From the human T2T-CHM13v2.0 reference genome, Homo sapiens: a stretch of 64,000 nucleotides of DNA. A program made the translations under genes and the position numbers. Below are positions 14,203-31,518 of the stretch, piece after piece. Below the pieces are notes generated by a model. That model had not been told where the DNA came from. It worked only from the letters and a program-made list of their open reading frames with translations, and did not search any database. The stretch is from NCBI RefSeq assembly GCF_009914755.1, contig NC_060940.1; one strand, given 5' to 3'. The stretch's first letter is position 1. Each line of letters begins with the position of its first letter.

Positions 14203-15043
14203 CCACTTGTTGCTAAAAGAGTTTTTCTTTGGGGATTCCTTTGGTTACACAACAAAAAAAGCAAACACGTGGTGAAAGGCTGTGGGTAATGGCTCCTTTC
14301 AAGACCAAATCTAGTAAAATTTCCTGAACTGATTCTCCTGGAGTCAGTCACTAGATACATAAGGCAAGGCAATAAATACAGCAGGAATTTGTATGTGAAA
14401 TTCCTTCCAGCTGCCAGAGAAAGGCAACAAATTTCACTTCAGGTTTGATATGTAAAATAAATGATTGAGAACAGTGAAAAGGAAATATAGCATTCAATGG
14501 ACTTCACTAGCTAACAGAAAATTAACTTCTCAAGTCCTGTTTGCCAGCGACATTGGTTCATTTCTGCAAACTTGCTGCAGCTTTATATAGATTGTTTAAA
14601 AGGTTAGATGTCATGACCCTGCTGCAACAAAGAGATACACAAGGAGGTGAATGTCAGCAGTGCAGGAATGCACATAAAAGGAAAATGTTTGAGCTTTTAA
14701 AGGTGAAATCACCAAAGCAGAGAATTAGAGTAAAATGTTTCCCCTAGTTCAACTGAGAAAGAGAGTTTGATGGGTTTTTTTTCCTAGACTAAGGAAAGGA
14801 AGGATGTTTATGTGGACAGGATGGTTATAAGATGAATATAATGGTACCTCCAAATGAACATCATTTTGAGCATCATATATTCTATTCACACCAGGGGCTC
14901 TGATTTATAATTACCCTAATTGAGCTCAGAATTGGGACAAATGGATATTCATGTGGCATTTTCTTCTTAGGCACTGAATATATTGGGCACATACTACCAT
15001 AACAACGACAGGGTGCAAGTGAGGATTGCTTATTACAGCTTAC

Positions 15044-15228
15044 TTGCAATGGATGTGCATTTCTAGGTCACTGATTCTGGCACTGCAGTGTTCATGGCAA
15101 ACAGTGCAGCCAGTGTATGAAGCGAGATTTGTATGCAGGATGGTCAGCACAACTGGATGGACTTTAACTGGATCTGCTTGGATGACTAACTCTAAAGGAA
15201 GCCTGGGTGTGTCTAGATAGCATCCTAC
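15044..15228 (-). other. Candidate exon (185 nt)
   Basis: Acceptor gcatttcccattAG at 15229-15230; donor CAA|GTAAGC at 15042-15043; frame 0 open for 61 codons. Confidence 0.4.
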
Positions 15229-16334
15229 CTAATGGGAAATGCACTTGAGTTTGGATTTGCTGATATCCGAGTACATTAAACGAAAACATATACTGAGTTG
15301 CGAACACAGAAAAAAAAAAAGCATTACAAACAGCAAGAGAAGTAGTGACTAAAATGTCTCCTTTAGTCCTGAATTCTGTATCCTATTTTACTGTGGGAGA
15401 ATCCATTAGCAGAAAAGATAAGATTGAAGATCGAGATATTCCAAGTAATGTTAAGTCCCTGTCTATCAGAGCGTATCATCTAAGAGATGGTGTTAGCCGT
15501 TTTACTCTGTTCTAGGAACACACTTATCTTTTTAAGTTGATTACATTCAGCCATGATGGTATTCAGGTTGTTGACACATGATTTGTAAGAGGATTTAGTT
15601 TTCCTTAAACGGCAATATGAATTCTGAAATGCAAATCTCATCTCAAAACTAGTGCAGGTCAATTTGCAAAAACATCTTAAAACATGAGTGTGGAGAATCT
15701 TGAAATATTAGGAAGCATAATTTTCCTGGTTCAGGAGAAAGCAGTGTAGGAAGAGCAGGGTCATTAGTAGCTGATTTGCTGAGCCAGATGCAGGCCTTGT
15801 GACATGTTTAAGCTGATCCAGAGACTGATATTTGCTTAAGGGTGCAAATGTCTTTCTCTTTATTGAACTCTGAAAGCACTGCTGGAATATAAAATGGATA
15901 TCTTATTCTTCAGTCTTAGAAGGAAAATTAGGTATTTTTGGGTATTATTGATTCCAGCCTCTATATTGAGTTTACAAAGAAAACAAGGACCTGAGGGGCT
16001 CCTGTCTGTTGTCCCAGGGTCACCCAGGGCAGGTTGGTTCTGAAGACATTTACAAACTAGGTATGTACACACAGTTGTATACACGTGCATATGTTTGTGT
16101 GTGTGTATGTGAAGTGCTTTGGAGTGGAAAGAGCCCTGCAGCCATGGATTCCAATACAGACTCACTGCTTTAACCCACACAGGCTGGGCAATTTCAGCCA
16201 CGTCCCCTTGCTTTGGGTTATCATCTGGCCATGAGGAACCTGTGCTCAGTCTCTCCACTAACATTTCTGGGCTAGTATCTTTTGAATGTGTTGAGAAGGA
16301 TGGTTGATACTAAATGTGTTTTCTTTCTGTGTGT

Positions 16335-17745
<1,411 letters not shown>

Positions 17746-17759
17746 AAGAGGTTTTCACA

Positions 17760-18400
17760 CTTTCATCTTTCACTAGCTGGAGATGGTGCCACTTCTGACT
17801 TTGCAAACCCTAGAATCTTGGTCTCTCTCTATTGCTTTTTATTCTTGCTTGCAGATGGAAGTTCTTTTTTGAGCTGGTCTCTCTTGAAGTACTTTGTCAA
17901 ATCCATCCAATAGTGAGCACCTCATGCCATTAACATTCTGTTTTCTAATTACTTCCCATAGAGATACAATATAATTAGGTACATGAACTGTCTCAAAGGT
18001 TATCAGACATGATCATTGACCAAATACCTTTGCTCCTTCATAATGTGGCTTGCCGTCTTTCCAGTCTGTAATATAATTTTCCTTACTACCCCTTCTTTAA
18101 GTTAATATTTAAGATTTAGGTTTTAAGATTTTGACTGATGTCCCCTTGAGAACCAATGAAATGCTAGGCAGTCCCCAAATTCCAGTGGCCTAAAAGAGCA
18201 AGTGTTTATTTTGCACTCATGCAAGGTCCCCTGCAGATTTAGGAGGCTCTGGGGTGACTGTCCTTCAGGTCTTGGCTCAGCCTGGCACTTCCACAAGCTC
18301 CAAGGAAAGAGCAAGTGGTTGGAGAGTTGACCACCAGTGAAGTACTTCCAGTAGGAATTATACACCACTCCCAAAGCAAAACCAGATGGTTGATTCTAAT
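17760..18400. mobile_element. Old MaLR internal/LTR (MLT-like) fragments
   Basis: Weak resemblance only (aaattccagtggcctaaaa...gtttattttgcactcatg). Confidence 0.35.
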
Positions 18401-18412
18401 TTCTAAGGCTTG

Positions 18413-18476
18413 GAGAAGAAGAGGAAAAAGAAGAAGGAGAAGAAGAGGAAGACAAAGAAGAGGAAGAGGAAGAAGG
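18413..18476. repeat. Purine-rich (GAA/GAG)n tract
   Basis: Imperfect trinucleotide repeat. Confidence 0.85.
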
Positions 18477-19103
18477 TATCTGAGAACAGCTTAAAGCTGG
18501 CCTCAGAAATGGTTTATATTTTACCTTTACAATCACAAATCAGTGTAAAGTCATATGAATTTACTTTTTATCTTCTAATATAATAGCAAGATAATTTTCT
18601 TGAAGAAAATTTGTGCTTACTTCCGAGTATTTCTGAGATTCTAAAGACAGAATAGCTAACATACTATGAACAGGTAAAGTTTTTAGTAAAACTTCAACAA
18701 TACTCTTAGAGGGAGAAAGTGTACCAAGTTTCTATGATTTGAACTGTTCCCTAAAGTAATTCATCCCAGTTGTTAGCAGAACCTAAAAGTAAAATCACAT
18801 CAACCCCTCCCCAAGACCTCTGCTCTGTTTCTACTGAGTATCTTTCCAAGGCACTCTTTGCTGTTTCTACTTTATTTTTCACAAGCTTGTATTGAAGCAG
18901 CACCTATTTTTAGCTGCCAACTACAAGTACTTTAGTTCCAATTGATGATATCATAAAGTAGTCATTGCACACTCAATGTAAACATATTTATACATAGTTG
19001 ATCTAGTGTTAACAAGAACAAGTTATTTTACCATTAATGGAATGTTCAAATCTTAGTATTGGTCAAGGAAACTGTCTCTTTACTTTGCCAGAAAGAGCAT
19101 CTC

Positions 19104-19471
19104 TGTCTCTTTGGGTTTTTGTAACAAAGTGTCATAGACTGCGTGGCTTACAAACAACAGAAATTTATTTCTCATAGTTCTAGAGGCTGGAAGTCTGAGA
19201 TCAGGACGCCAGCGTGGTCAAGCTTTGGTGAGGGTTCTCTTCCAAGCTGCAGAGTGCTGGCTTCTTATTGTACCCTCACATGGCAGAAAGAGGATGAGAG
19301 AGTTCTTCAGAGTCTCTTTTATATGGGCACTGAACTCATTCAAGAGGGCTCCAACCTCATAATCTGATTACCTCCCACAGACCTCACCTTCTAATATCAT
19401 CACATTGGAGGCTGGCATTTCAACATAGGAATTTAGGGGAAGGGGATGGGCCTGAATATGCAATCCATTGC
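19104..19471 (-). mobile_element. MLT1A-type MaLR solo LTR
   Basis: aacaacagaaatttatttctcatagttctagaggctggaagtc...ccctcacatggcagaa. Confidence 0.88.
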
Positions 19472-19669
19472 AAAAAGACACAGGCAGAATGACCAACCCT
19501 ATTGAAATCTCTGTATTCCAGTGGATTTGATTACTGCTTGTGTATTTGTAGTACAAATGAAGAAAAAGCAATACAAATAAAAGTGTTTTTGTTTTGGACA
19601 GGTCTACAATTCTATGAAGTTAACGAATTTCTCATTTATTAACTTGTCAGTTATGTGTAGTGATACCCA

Positions 19670-19865
19670 GTTCACAAGTTGTTTCATAGATTCACTCTCA
19701 TTTGCATCTCATACAGTAAATAGGGAATGTGTTCATTATTTCTATTTTACAAAGAAGTAAATAGAAACTAAAAAAAAATCCAGACTTGCTAACATTTACA
19801 CAGTTAGCAACTGACAAAGCTGGAATTAAAACCTGCTATCTGGTTTTCTTTTGTGCCATTTCCAC
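19670..19865 (-). mobile_element. MIR
   Basis: ctattttacaaagaagtaaa...cacagttagcaactgacaaagctggaatt core-like. Confidence 0.6.
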
Positions 19866-19972
19866 AAGCAATCCTCTAGATAATACAAAGTGAAGAATAT
19901 TAATTTTTGTATCATGACCTGAGATTTATTTTATCTCATTAAATAAATAGTTGTACTGAAAAGAGCACATGA

Positions 19973-22631
<2,659 letters not shown>

Positions 22632-22881
22632 GTTCCTTTTGTGCACCTGCCCCTGGGGTATCTGTTAAAATTCATTTGTGGTCTCTTTAAATATACTCTC
22701 AACACCAAAGAGGGGGGCTTCTTTTTATGAGTAACTCTTTATGAATTAGCAAATTTTTTATTGTTCTCAATTAGTAGAAATGCTTTAGCATCTTGAATAG
22801 TGTTCTTGTTTCAGGATTTTGTTCATCTGACTTATTACAGAGTTTAGAGCATGTGCTTCTCTCTCTTTTAAAATTAAAAAC

Positions 22882-23848
22882 TTTTCATTTTGATTGCTTT
22901 TGGGGTACAAGTGGTTTTTGGTTACATGAATGAATTGTGTAGTGAAGTCTGAAATTTTAGTGCACCTGTCACTCAAGTAGTGTACATTGTACCCAATATG
23001 TAGTTTTTAATACCTTGTTCCACCCCTGCCCCCACTTTTGAGTCTCTGGAGTCCATTATATCATTTTTATGCCTTTGCATACCTATAGTTTAGCTCCCAC
23101 TTATAAGTGAGAAATACAGTGTTTGGTTTTCCATTCCTGAGTTACTTCACTTAGACTAATGGCCTCCAGCTCCATCCAAGTTGCTGCAAAAGACATTATT
23201 CCATTCTTTTTATGGCTGAGTCGTATTCCATGGTTTATGTATACCACATTTTCTTTATCCACTCATTGGTCAATGGGCACTTATGTTGGTTCCATATCTT
23301 TGCAGTTGTAAATTGTGCTGCAATAAACATACATGTGCAAGTGTCTTTTTGATATAATTACTTCTTTTCCTTTGGGTAGATACCCAGTAGTAGGATTGCT
23401 GAATGGAATGGTAGATCTACCTTTAGTTCTTTAAGAAGTCTGCATACATATTTCCATAGAGGTTGTGCTAATTTACATTCCCACCAGGAGTGTTTAAACA
23501 TTCCCTTTTCAACACATCCATGCCAGCATCTGTTGTTTTTTGACTTTTCAGTAGTGGCCATTCTTGCAGGAGTAAGGTGGTATCTTGTTGTGGCTTTAGT
23601 TTGTATTTGCCTGATGATTAGTGATGTTGAGCATTTTTTCATGTTTTTTGGCCATTTGTATTTCTTTTTTTGAGAAATGTCTGTTCATGTCATTTGCCCA
23701 CTTGATAGGATTACTTGTCTCTTCTTGCTGATTTGTTTGAGTTCCTTGTAGATTCTGAATATTAGTCCTTTCTTGGATGCATAGTTTGCAAATATTTTCT
23801 CCCATTCTCTGGGTTGTGTGTTTACTCTGCTGATTATTTCTTTTACTG
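22882..23848 (-). mobile_element. L1PB1-like 3' end
   Basis: ttttggggtacaagtggtttttggttacatgaatgaattg diagnostic 3' UTR. Confidence 0.9.
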
Positions 23849-25920
23849 GCACACATGTACTTTTCTCTTAGCTTTTCAATTTGTTGATTATAATTGGAGT
23901 TTTGGAATGAATAATTTGATGAAACTGGATCCAAAGTTACTACTTTTCCACAATAGGATTGAATCATCAGTTTATTTTTAGGGGGGCATTTGTTGAGTAA
24001 AATACTGGTAAGAATCAGTTCTCTAAAAAAAAGATAGACCTTGAAATCAGAATTAATTTATTTTTCAAGTTTCCCATTAGGTAATTCTGTACTCTTAGGC
24101 AATTTATTTTATCTCTCTGTATTTAGATTTCTTTCTTAGATGCCTGGAGGGCATCACCACACAATTTTTAACGATGCATACATGATATATTCAATTTTGT
24201 TTTAAGTTTGATGGGAAGGATATCACATAATCTTAATATAATTCTATGATTAATATCTTGTCTAAGGCAATGTTACGACCCTCCAGGTGATCTGGTGAGT
24301 GAGCATTCTATATGGAATGAGAGCTAAGCCCAAAATACTTCTGGTATCAGTTTCTCTCTACTAGAGAACCTGCTGAAATAATAAAAATTTCCTGAAAAAC
24401 ATTCAATGACAATTTGAGGTTAAAGATATCATTCATTATAAAATTGGACTCCAAAGTTTAAATATAATCAAGGTTTAATTTTAAAACTGTCTTAAAGGAC
24501 ATGTGCAAAATATATTGGACCAGAATTAGAAAGAGATCAATATGACTTTCACTTTCAAGAATAATGTGATGGCTCAGAGCAGGCAAGTGTGATCACTGCA
24601 AAATAAAAATGCCTAATAAAATATTTACAAATTTTGAAGGTATCAGAGTGCTGTGGAAGCATCCTGGATTAGATGAACCAAAATTCCAGAGAGGAGAGAA
24701 TATATCAGAGGTGAGATACTGATTTCTAGCTGTGCGTGTGTTTTTCGATGGGAATTTTGCACTGATCCTAATACATAATGAAAGATGGGGATCTAGCTCA
24801 AAGTATTTTGAGAGAGAGAGTGAAAAGTCCTCCAGTGTTGACGTGCAAAGAGAATAAAGATCCATCTGGGAGGAAACACAAAGCTGGTCCTTCCAGAAAT
24901 ACTTTTTTTGGGCAGATTTTGAGACTATCAGGGATTTTGTGTTACAGGGCTAGGCTGGAAACCCTGAAGGCAAGAGAGATTTCCCACAGTTTCCTGGGGT
25001 GAGGGAACAGACCCATCAGGCTATTAATCTAAAATTTTAGAAACCCATGCCTCAGGAATACAAGTGAACCAAAGAGAGAAAGTCTTATGCAAATGGCAGC
25101 CTAGCTCCAACCCAGATTAATTTACAATTGTTTTGAGCCAATCAATTAATTACTTTATCATGAAATGGGAATCTGTCTCTAGTGGAAGATAATATAATAT
25201 CTGGATTATGAATGGTTCTTTCATAAACCATATTCAATGTACAATAAAAACTCGTATGCACAAAGAGGCAATCAAATATGACCTATTATGATGGAAAAAT
25301 GTTGGTGAGAGGCTCAGACTTAGAAATGATCCAGATTTGGAGTTAGCATAAAGTATTTTAAAATAACTATTAAAATATGTACAAGAAAAGAGAGAAAACA
25401 ATGGATAAAATAGATGAAAGAATAGACTGTGTCAACAAAAAATGAAAATTGATAAAAAATTCAATGGACATTATAAACCAAAAAATATACATTGAAAACT
25501 AAATATTCAGTGGAGAGTTTTAACAGCAGATTGAAGAGCAAATACAGGACTAAAAAATTAGAAGGCAGGGTGGAATAAAATACCAAAGTAAACTACAAAG
25601 AGGAAAACTAATCATAATAACAGCAACACTCAAAAAACCAGAACAAAGCATAAGTGAAAAGTGGCACATGTTCAAAAGGCTTAACATATAAATATTGGAG
25701 TCCCAAAAGGGGAGATGTGAAAAAATGGGCCAGCAGCAATACTTGAAACGGTGAAGGGTGAGAATTTTCAAAAACATGAACCCACAATTTCAAGAAGCTC
25801 AGTAAATTCTAAGCAGGATAAAATCAGAGAAAAGCCACATATTGGCACATAATGGGAACATGGCTGAAACCCAAAGACAGAACAAAAAAAGTGCTATAGA
25901 AAAAGAGTCCTATTATTCAA

Positions 25921-26174
25921 CTCCCACTTATGAGTGGGAGTTGAACAGTGAGAACACATGGACACAGGGAGGGGAACATCACACACTGGGGCCTTTTAGG
26001 GGTTGGGGGGCAAGGGGAGGGAGAACATTAGGACAAATACCTAATGCATGTGGGGCTTAAAACCTAGATGATGGGTTGATAGGTGCAGCAAACCACCATG
26101 GCATATGTATACCTATGTAACAAACCTGCACGTTCTGCACATGTATCCCAGAACTTAAAGTTTTTTTTTTTTTT
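25921..26174 (+). mobile_element. L1PA8-like 3' end with a T14 tract where the tail is expected
   Basis: ctaatgcatgtggggcttaaaacctagatga; TSD aagagtc(c/a)tatta. Confidence 0.9.
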
Positions 26175-26282
26175 AAGAGTCATATTAACAAAGCCATAGA
26201 TGAAGAATGCCTTCCAAGGAATGGTGATGGCCAACTTCTCAACAGAAATGATGAAAGCCCAAAGACAATGGAATAACAACTT

Positions 26283-26708
26283 TATTTCTTTTTCTTTTCT
26301 TGTCTTTTCTTTTTTTTTTAAACATGTATTTTAAGTTCGAGGGTACATATAAAGGCTTGTTACGCAGGTAAACTCATGTCACAGGGGTTTGTTATACAGA
26401 TTTTTTCATCACCCAGGCATTAAGCCCACACCCAATAGCTATCTTTTCTGCTCCTCTCCCTTCTCCCACCCTCCACCCTCAAGTAGAACCAAGTGTCTGT
26501 TGTATCCTTCTTTGTGTTAATACATTCTCATCATTTAGCTCCCACCTATAAGCAAAAAGATGCGGTATTTGGTTTTCTGTTCCTGCATGAGTTTGCTAAG
26601 GATGAAAGCTTTCAGCTCCATCCACGTTCACACAAAAGACATAATTTCATTCTTTTTTATGGCTGCATAGGATTCCATGGTGTATATATACCACATTTTC
26701 TTTATCCA
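26283..26708 (-). mobile_element. L1PA13-16-like 3' end
   Basis: ggtaaactcatgtcacaggggtttgtt; degenerate TSD ggaataacaacttt / ggaattataacctt. Confidence 0.88.
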
Positions 26709-27413
26709 GGAATTATAACCTTAAAGTAGGGAATTAAAATAACCACCAGCTCAGAATCCATATACTAGTGAAAAGTTCCTTAAAAATGAAGGCACAATAG
26801 ATGTTTTCAGACAAATGAAAACTGAAACTAATTGTCATCAGAAGGTTGTAATTGAAAGAAATGATAAAGGAGGTTATACACACAGGAGGAATATGATCCT
26901 AGATGGAAACATGGAGATTGAGGAAGTGATGGCCAATGCCCAAAAGAGTAAACTTGTGAATAAATATAAATGACTATCGACAACACACAACAATGAACCT
27001 AATATCTTGTAGATTTTAAATCATGGGTGGCATGAGGAAAATAATGGAAGCAGGGTAAAGGAAGTTAAAGTGTTTTAAAGTACCAGGAAAAAAGTACTAA
27101 TCTGTATTGCACAGTACTAAGGAAAGCAAGAACATTTAAATCTCCATTATAACTACTTAAAATAGTCACGGAATACTTTCTGTAAAGTAAATAGAAATAA
27201 AAAATGGAATAATAAAATAGCCAAATTCAAAAGAAGATGCTAATTGCACTAAATGTTTATGGACTAAATGCATGCTAGCACACATCAGTTTTAGAATCTA
27301 ATCTACATATACAGGCATAAAACATATTGTAATATATGAGAATAGATATTTTAAATTGATTTACACATGTAAAAATATGTTTCAAAATAATTTTTTTGAA
27401 ATTGAAATTTCTT

Positions 27414-28499
<1,086 letters not shown>

Positions 28500-28809
28500 G
28501 AAATTAAAATTTCTTTTCACAGGACATACGTGAAATATAGAGAATCCCTTTCAACAAGATAGATACGAGATTTATTTTGTAACAGATGTTGGGCGAGGCA
28601 TTTTCTTACTAAGTCGGAACTTCCTCTTAGTAAATTATGAGGCTTTTAGAGGCTGAGGCCAACAAATACAATAATGTTTGCATTATCGTTTGCATCTGGA
28701 ACCATATCTTGCATATAGAAAGATGGCAATGAATATTCATCAGTTCCATTGTGCATTCTGTTTCCTAGAGAAAGAACATATATCATTACAAGACAATTCT
28801 ACTTAACAA

Positions 28810-29030
28810 AAACCTTAACATATTTAATTATATGTGCACAGTGAGTCTCACAGAGCACTTCCACATATTTTATTTCATTTCTTGGCCCTTCAAACCTTGT
28901 GTGGTATGTTATTCTGGGGTAATTATTCCAATATTGTACACAAGGAAACTGGGAGAGGGAGGCTCAGTGAGAGGTATGAGAGATAGAACGCAAGTATTCC
29001 TACTGCTCATTCAATGCCCGTGTGACATTT
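28810..29030 (-). mobile_element. MIR
   Basis: attattccaatattgtacacaaggaaact core-like. Confidence 0.55.
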
Positions 29031-29109
29031 AAATACAGGCAACTACTTAACTGACTTCTCAGGAACTATTTAGCTGGACTTTAAACTTCACTGTGCAGAG
29101 GGACCATTC

Positions 29110-29238
29110 TTTTTTTGTTTGTTTTTTATAGTGACAAGGTCTCACTATGTTGCCCAGGCTGGCATAGAACTCAAGTAATCCTACTGCTTCAGCTCCCAAA
29201 CTGCTGGGATTACAGATGTGAGCCACTACTGCTGTGCC
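29110..29238 (-). mobile_element. FLAM / Alu monomer
   Basis: ggtctcactatgttgcccaggctgg...gggattacagatgtgagccac; ccattctt on both flanks. Confidence 0.85.
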
Positions 29239-29914
29239 GGGTAGCCATTCTTGAATAAGAGGTATTTACAAAGGTTGGTTATTTGCTGGCAATTACAACA
29301 AAGCAACCATGCAGAGCCACTAGAATCAATACCATTCTCCTCTGGAACTGGGATTAGATAAACTGGTAGTGAATATGAGAAGGTATAAAGCATGGTGGTG
29401 TGAATTCTGGTTTCAGAATACTAATTAGAGTGCAGGGTTTCACAGTGAATTATTTGTATTTCCGTCACCTGAAGACTCCCAGAAGGCAACTGGGCTAACT
29501 CACACTGTGTAATTCACCAAACAATTTTAAGGTTTTATTTTGTAATAAACTACGGAGAGTTCTTAATTAGTAATTAGAAAATGATTATACCTCATCTGTA
29601 AAAAACACACTTCTTTGATTATATTGATGTGACTGTGCAATTACATTTCAAATTAGTTTGAACAATGTTTAATGCAGGAATTGTAATTCTGGTTTGATGT
29701 GCCAGGTAACTTGGGCAGGGGCAGGTGAAGGGCAGCCTCAAGTATGCACACACGGTGGCTGGTTTCACGTGGTTTCTCAACTCTGTTCTGGTGCTCTTTG
29801 CAACACACAGGATGCCAGCGAGGGTTTAATTTCATCATTAGGTCCTAATATTGTACATATTTCCTTTTAAATTATGACACATCAAGATCTTTAGCTTTTA
29901 CGGAAATCAAGTGG

Positions 29915-30125
29915 TTTTTATATTTTAGTATTTTTAAGATATTATTTTATTAAGTATAATTTAATTTAAAAATATTATTTAATCTTGTTTCACTATATTA
30001 ATTTTATATTTCAATGTTATAATATTAAGTATGATTATAATATAATAATTAATTACAATAAATTATTATTGTATTATTATTATGTAATAATACTTAATAA
30101 CTTTAAGTATTATTACTTAATAAAA
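29915..30125. repeat. AT-rich low-complexity tract
   Basis: Composition. Confidence 0.8.
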
Positions 30126-30892
30126 GCATACTGCAGTGAGTCAAGAAATGCTTTTAATGTACATTTATAATAATCAGGCTAAGGAGAATTCAAGTATAAT
30201 AATAGTAATATATTGATTGCTTCAAAATGTAGCAATCCAAACAAATACAGCTGTGGAAAGTTGATAAAGAGTAGGGTTTTGATATAATCCAAAGTGAAAC
30301 TTTTGAGAATGAAAGAGAGTGTGAGCCAGATGGGGACATGGGGACAGTAAGTTTAAACTAGTATTGTCTAGGTCAACTTGGGATATGTGGTAAGCCTAAT
30401 TATGGAATTTGTGTATATGCATGTGATATTTCACTTATATGCAGCATAGACCTACTTGTACCTAATGAAAAAAGTAGCATCTACCTTCTGCTGTGTATAC
30501 ATTCACTGGATACTTAAATGGCTACTCTGTGCCAGGCACATTAGAAGATGGATACACTCAGATTGCTAAGACTCAGCCCTAAAGCTTGCAGAAACATCAT
30601 GTGAACTTGGTAAATCCTGAGGCAGAGGTACCAACAACTGAGGTGGAGGAGCGAACAGGGCTGAGTGACCATCAAAGGCTGTGTTTCTCCAGGCGACCTG
30701 AATCTCTTCCTGCCTCAGTCTTTGATATTTTCTGATATTTAAAACTTATCGGTTTTAAACACCCCAAACTGGTGTTTAAATTAGTTTTTTTTTTTTTTAA
30801 CATTGTATAGGCCTATCAGGAAAATGCTTTTAGTTTTAAAAAGAATCCAAATATTTTATCCAGGCCAAACATGTACTGATTCATTTAAAGAT

Positions 30893-31090
30893 GCACTGTC
30901 CTCTATGGTAGTCTTATGTGGCTATTTAAATTTAAATTAATTAAAATGAAATAAAGTTAAAAGTCCAGTTCCTCAGGTGCACTAAGCCATATTTTAAGAG
31001 ATCTATGGCTACATGTAGCTAAGGATATAGTTTTGAGCAATGTAATGTAGAACATTTCTATAATCTTAGAAATTTCTATAAGACAGCACC
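30893..31090 (-). mobile_element. MER3 DNA transposon
   Basis: atgtggctatttaaatttaaattaattaaaat...cagttcctcag...tagaacatttc...gacagcac. Confidence 0.8.
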
Positions 31091-31150
31091 AATTCAAACA
31101 AATCACACACCTCTAAATGAAACGCACACAGTGACTTCTTCCTGCCACTG

Positions 31151-31518
31151 TGTATTAGTCCATTCTCATGCTGCTAATAAAGACAAACCAAGACTAGGTA
31201 ATTTATACAGGAAAGAGATTTAATGGACTCACAGTTCCACATGGCTAGGAGACCTCACAATCATGGCGGAAGGCAAGGAGGAGTGAGTCACGTCTTACGT
31301 GGATGGCAGCAGGCAGAGAGAAAATTTACGCAGGGCAACTCCCCCTTATAATACCATCAGATCTTGTGAGACTTATTCACAATCACGAGAACAGCACAGG
31401 AAAGACCCAGCCCCCATGATTAAATTACCTACCACCAGGCCCCTCTCACAACACATGGGAATTGTGGGAGCTACAATTCAAGATGGGATTTGGATGGGGA
31501 CACAGTCAAATCATATCA
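31151..31518 (-). mobile_element. THE1 (B/C) solo LTR
   Basis: tgtattagtccattctcatgctgctaataaagac...gactcacagttccacatggct...catatca. Confidence 0.92.

Larger units (their letters stand above)
24560..27270 (+). mobile_element. Old L1M 5' UTR/ORF1 remnant with two nested L1PA insertions
   Basis: gagaattttcaaaaacatgaacccacaatttcaagaagctcagtaaattctaagcaggataa; acttctcaacagaaatgatgaaagcccaaagacaatggaat; boundaries approximate. Confidence 0.65.

Noticed and set aside
30754-30798. 10-bp hairpin followed by a T run, resembling an intrinsic terminator
   Set aside because: Human DNA with an AT-rich stem; expected by chance, and that mechanism does not apply.
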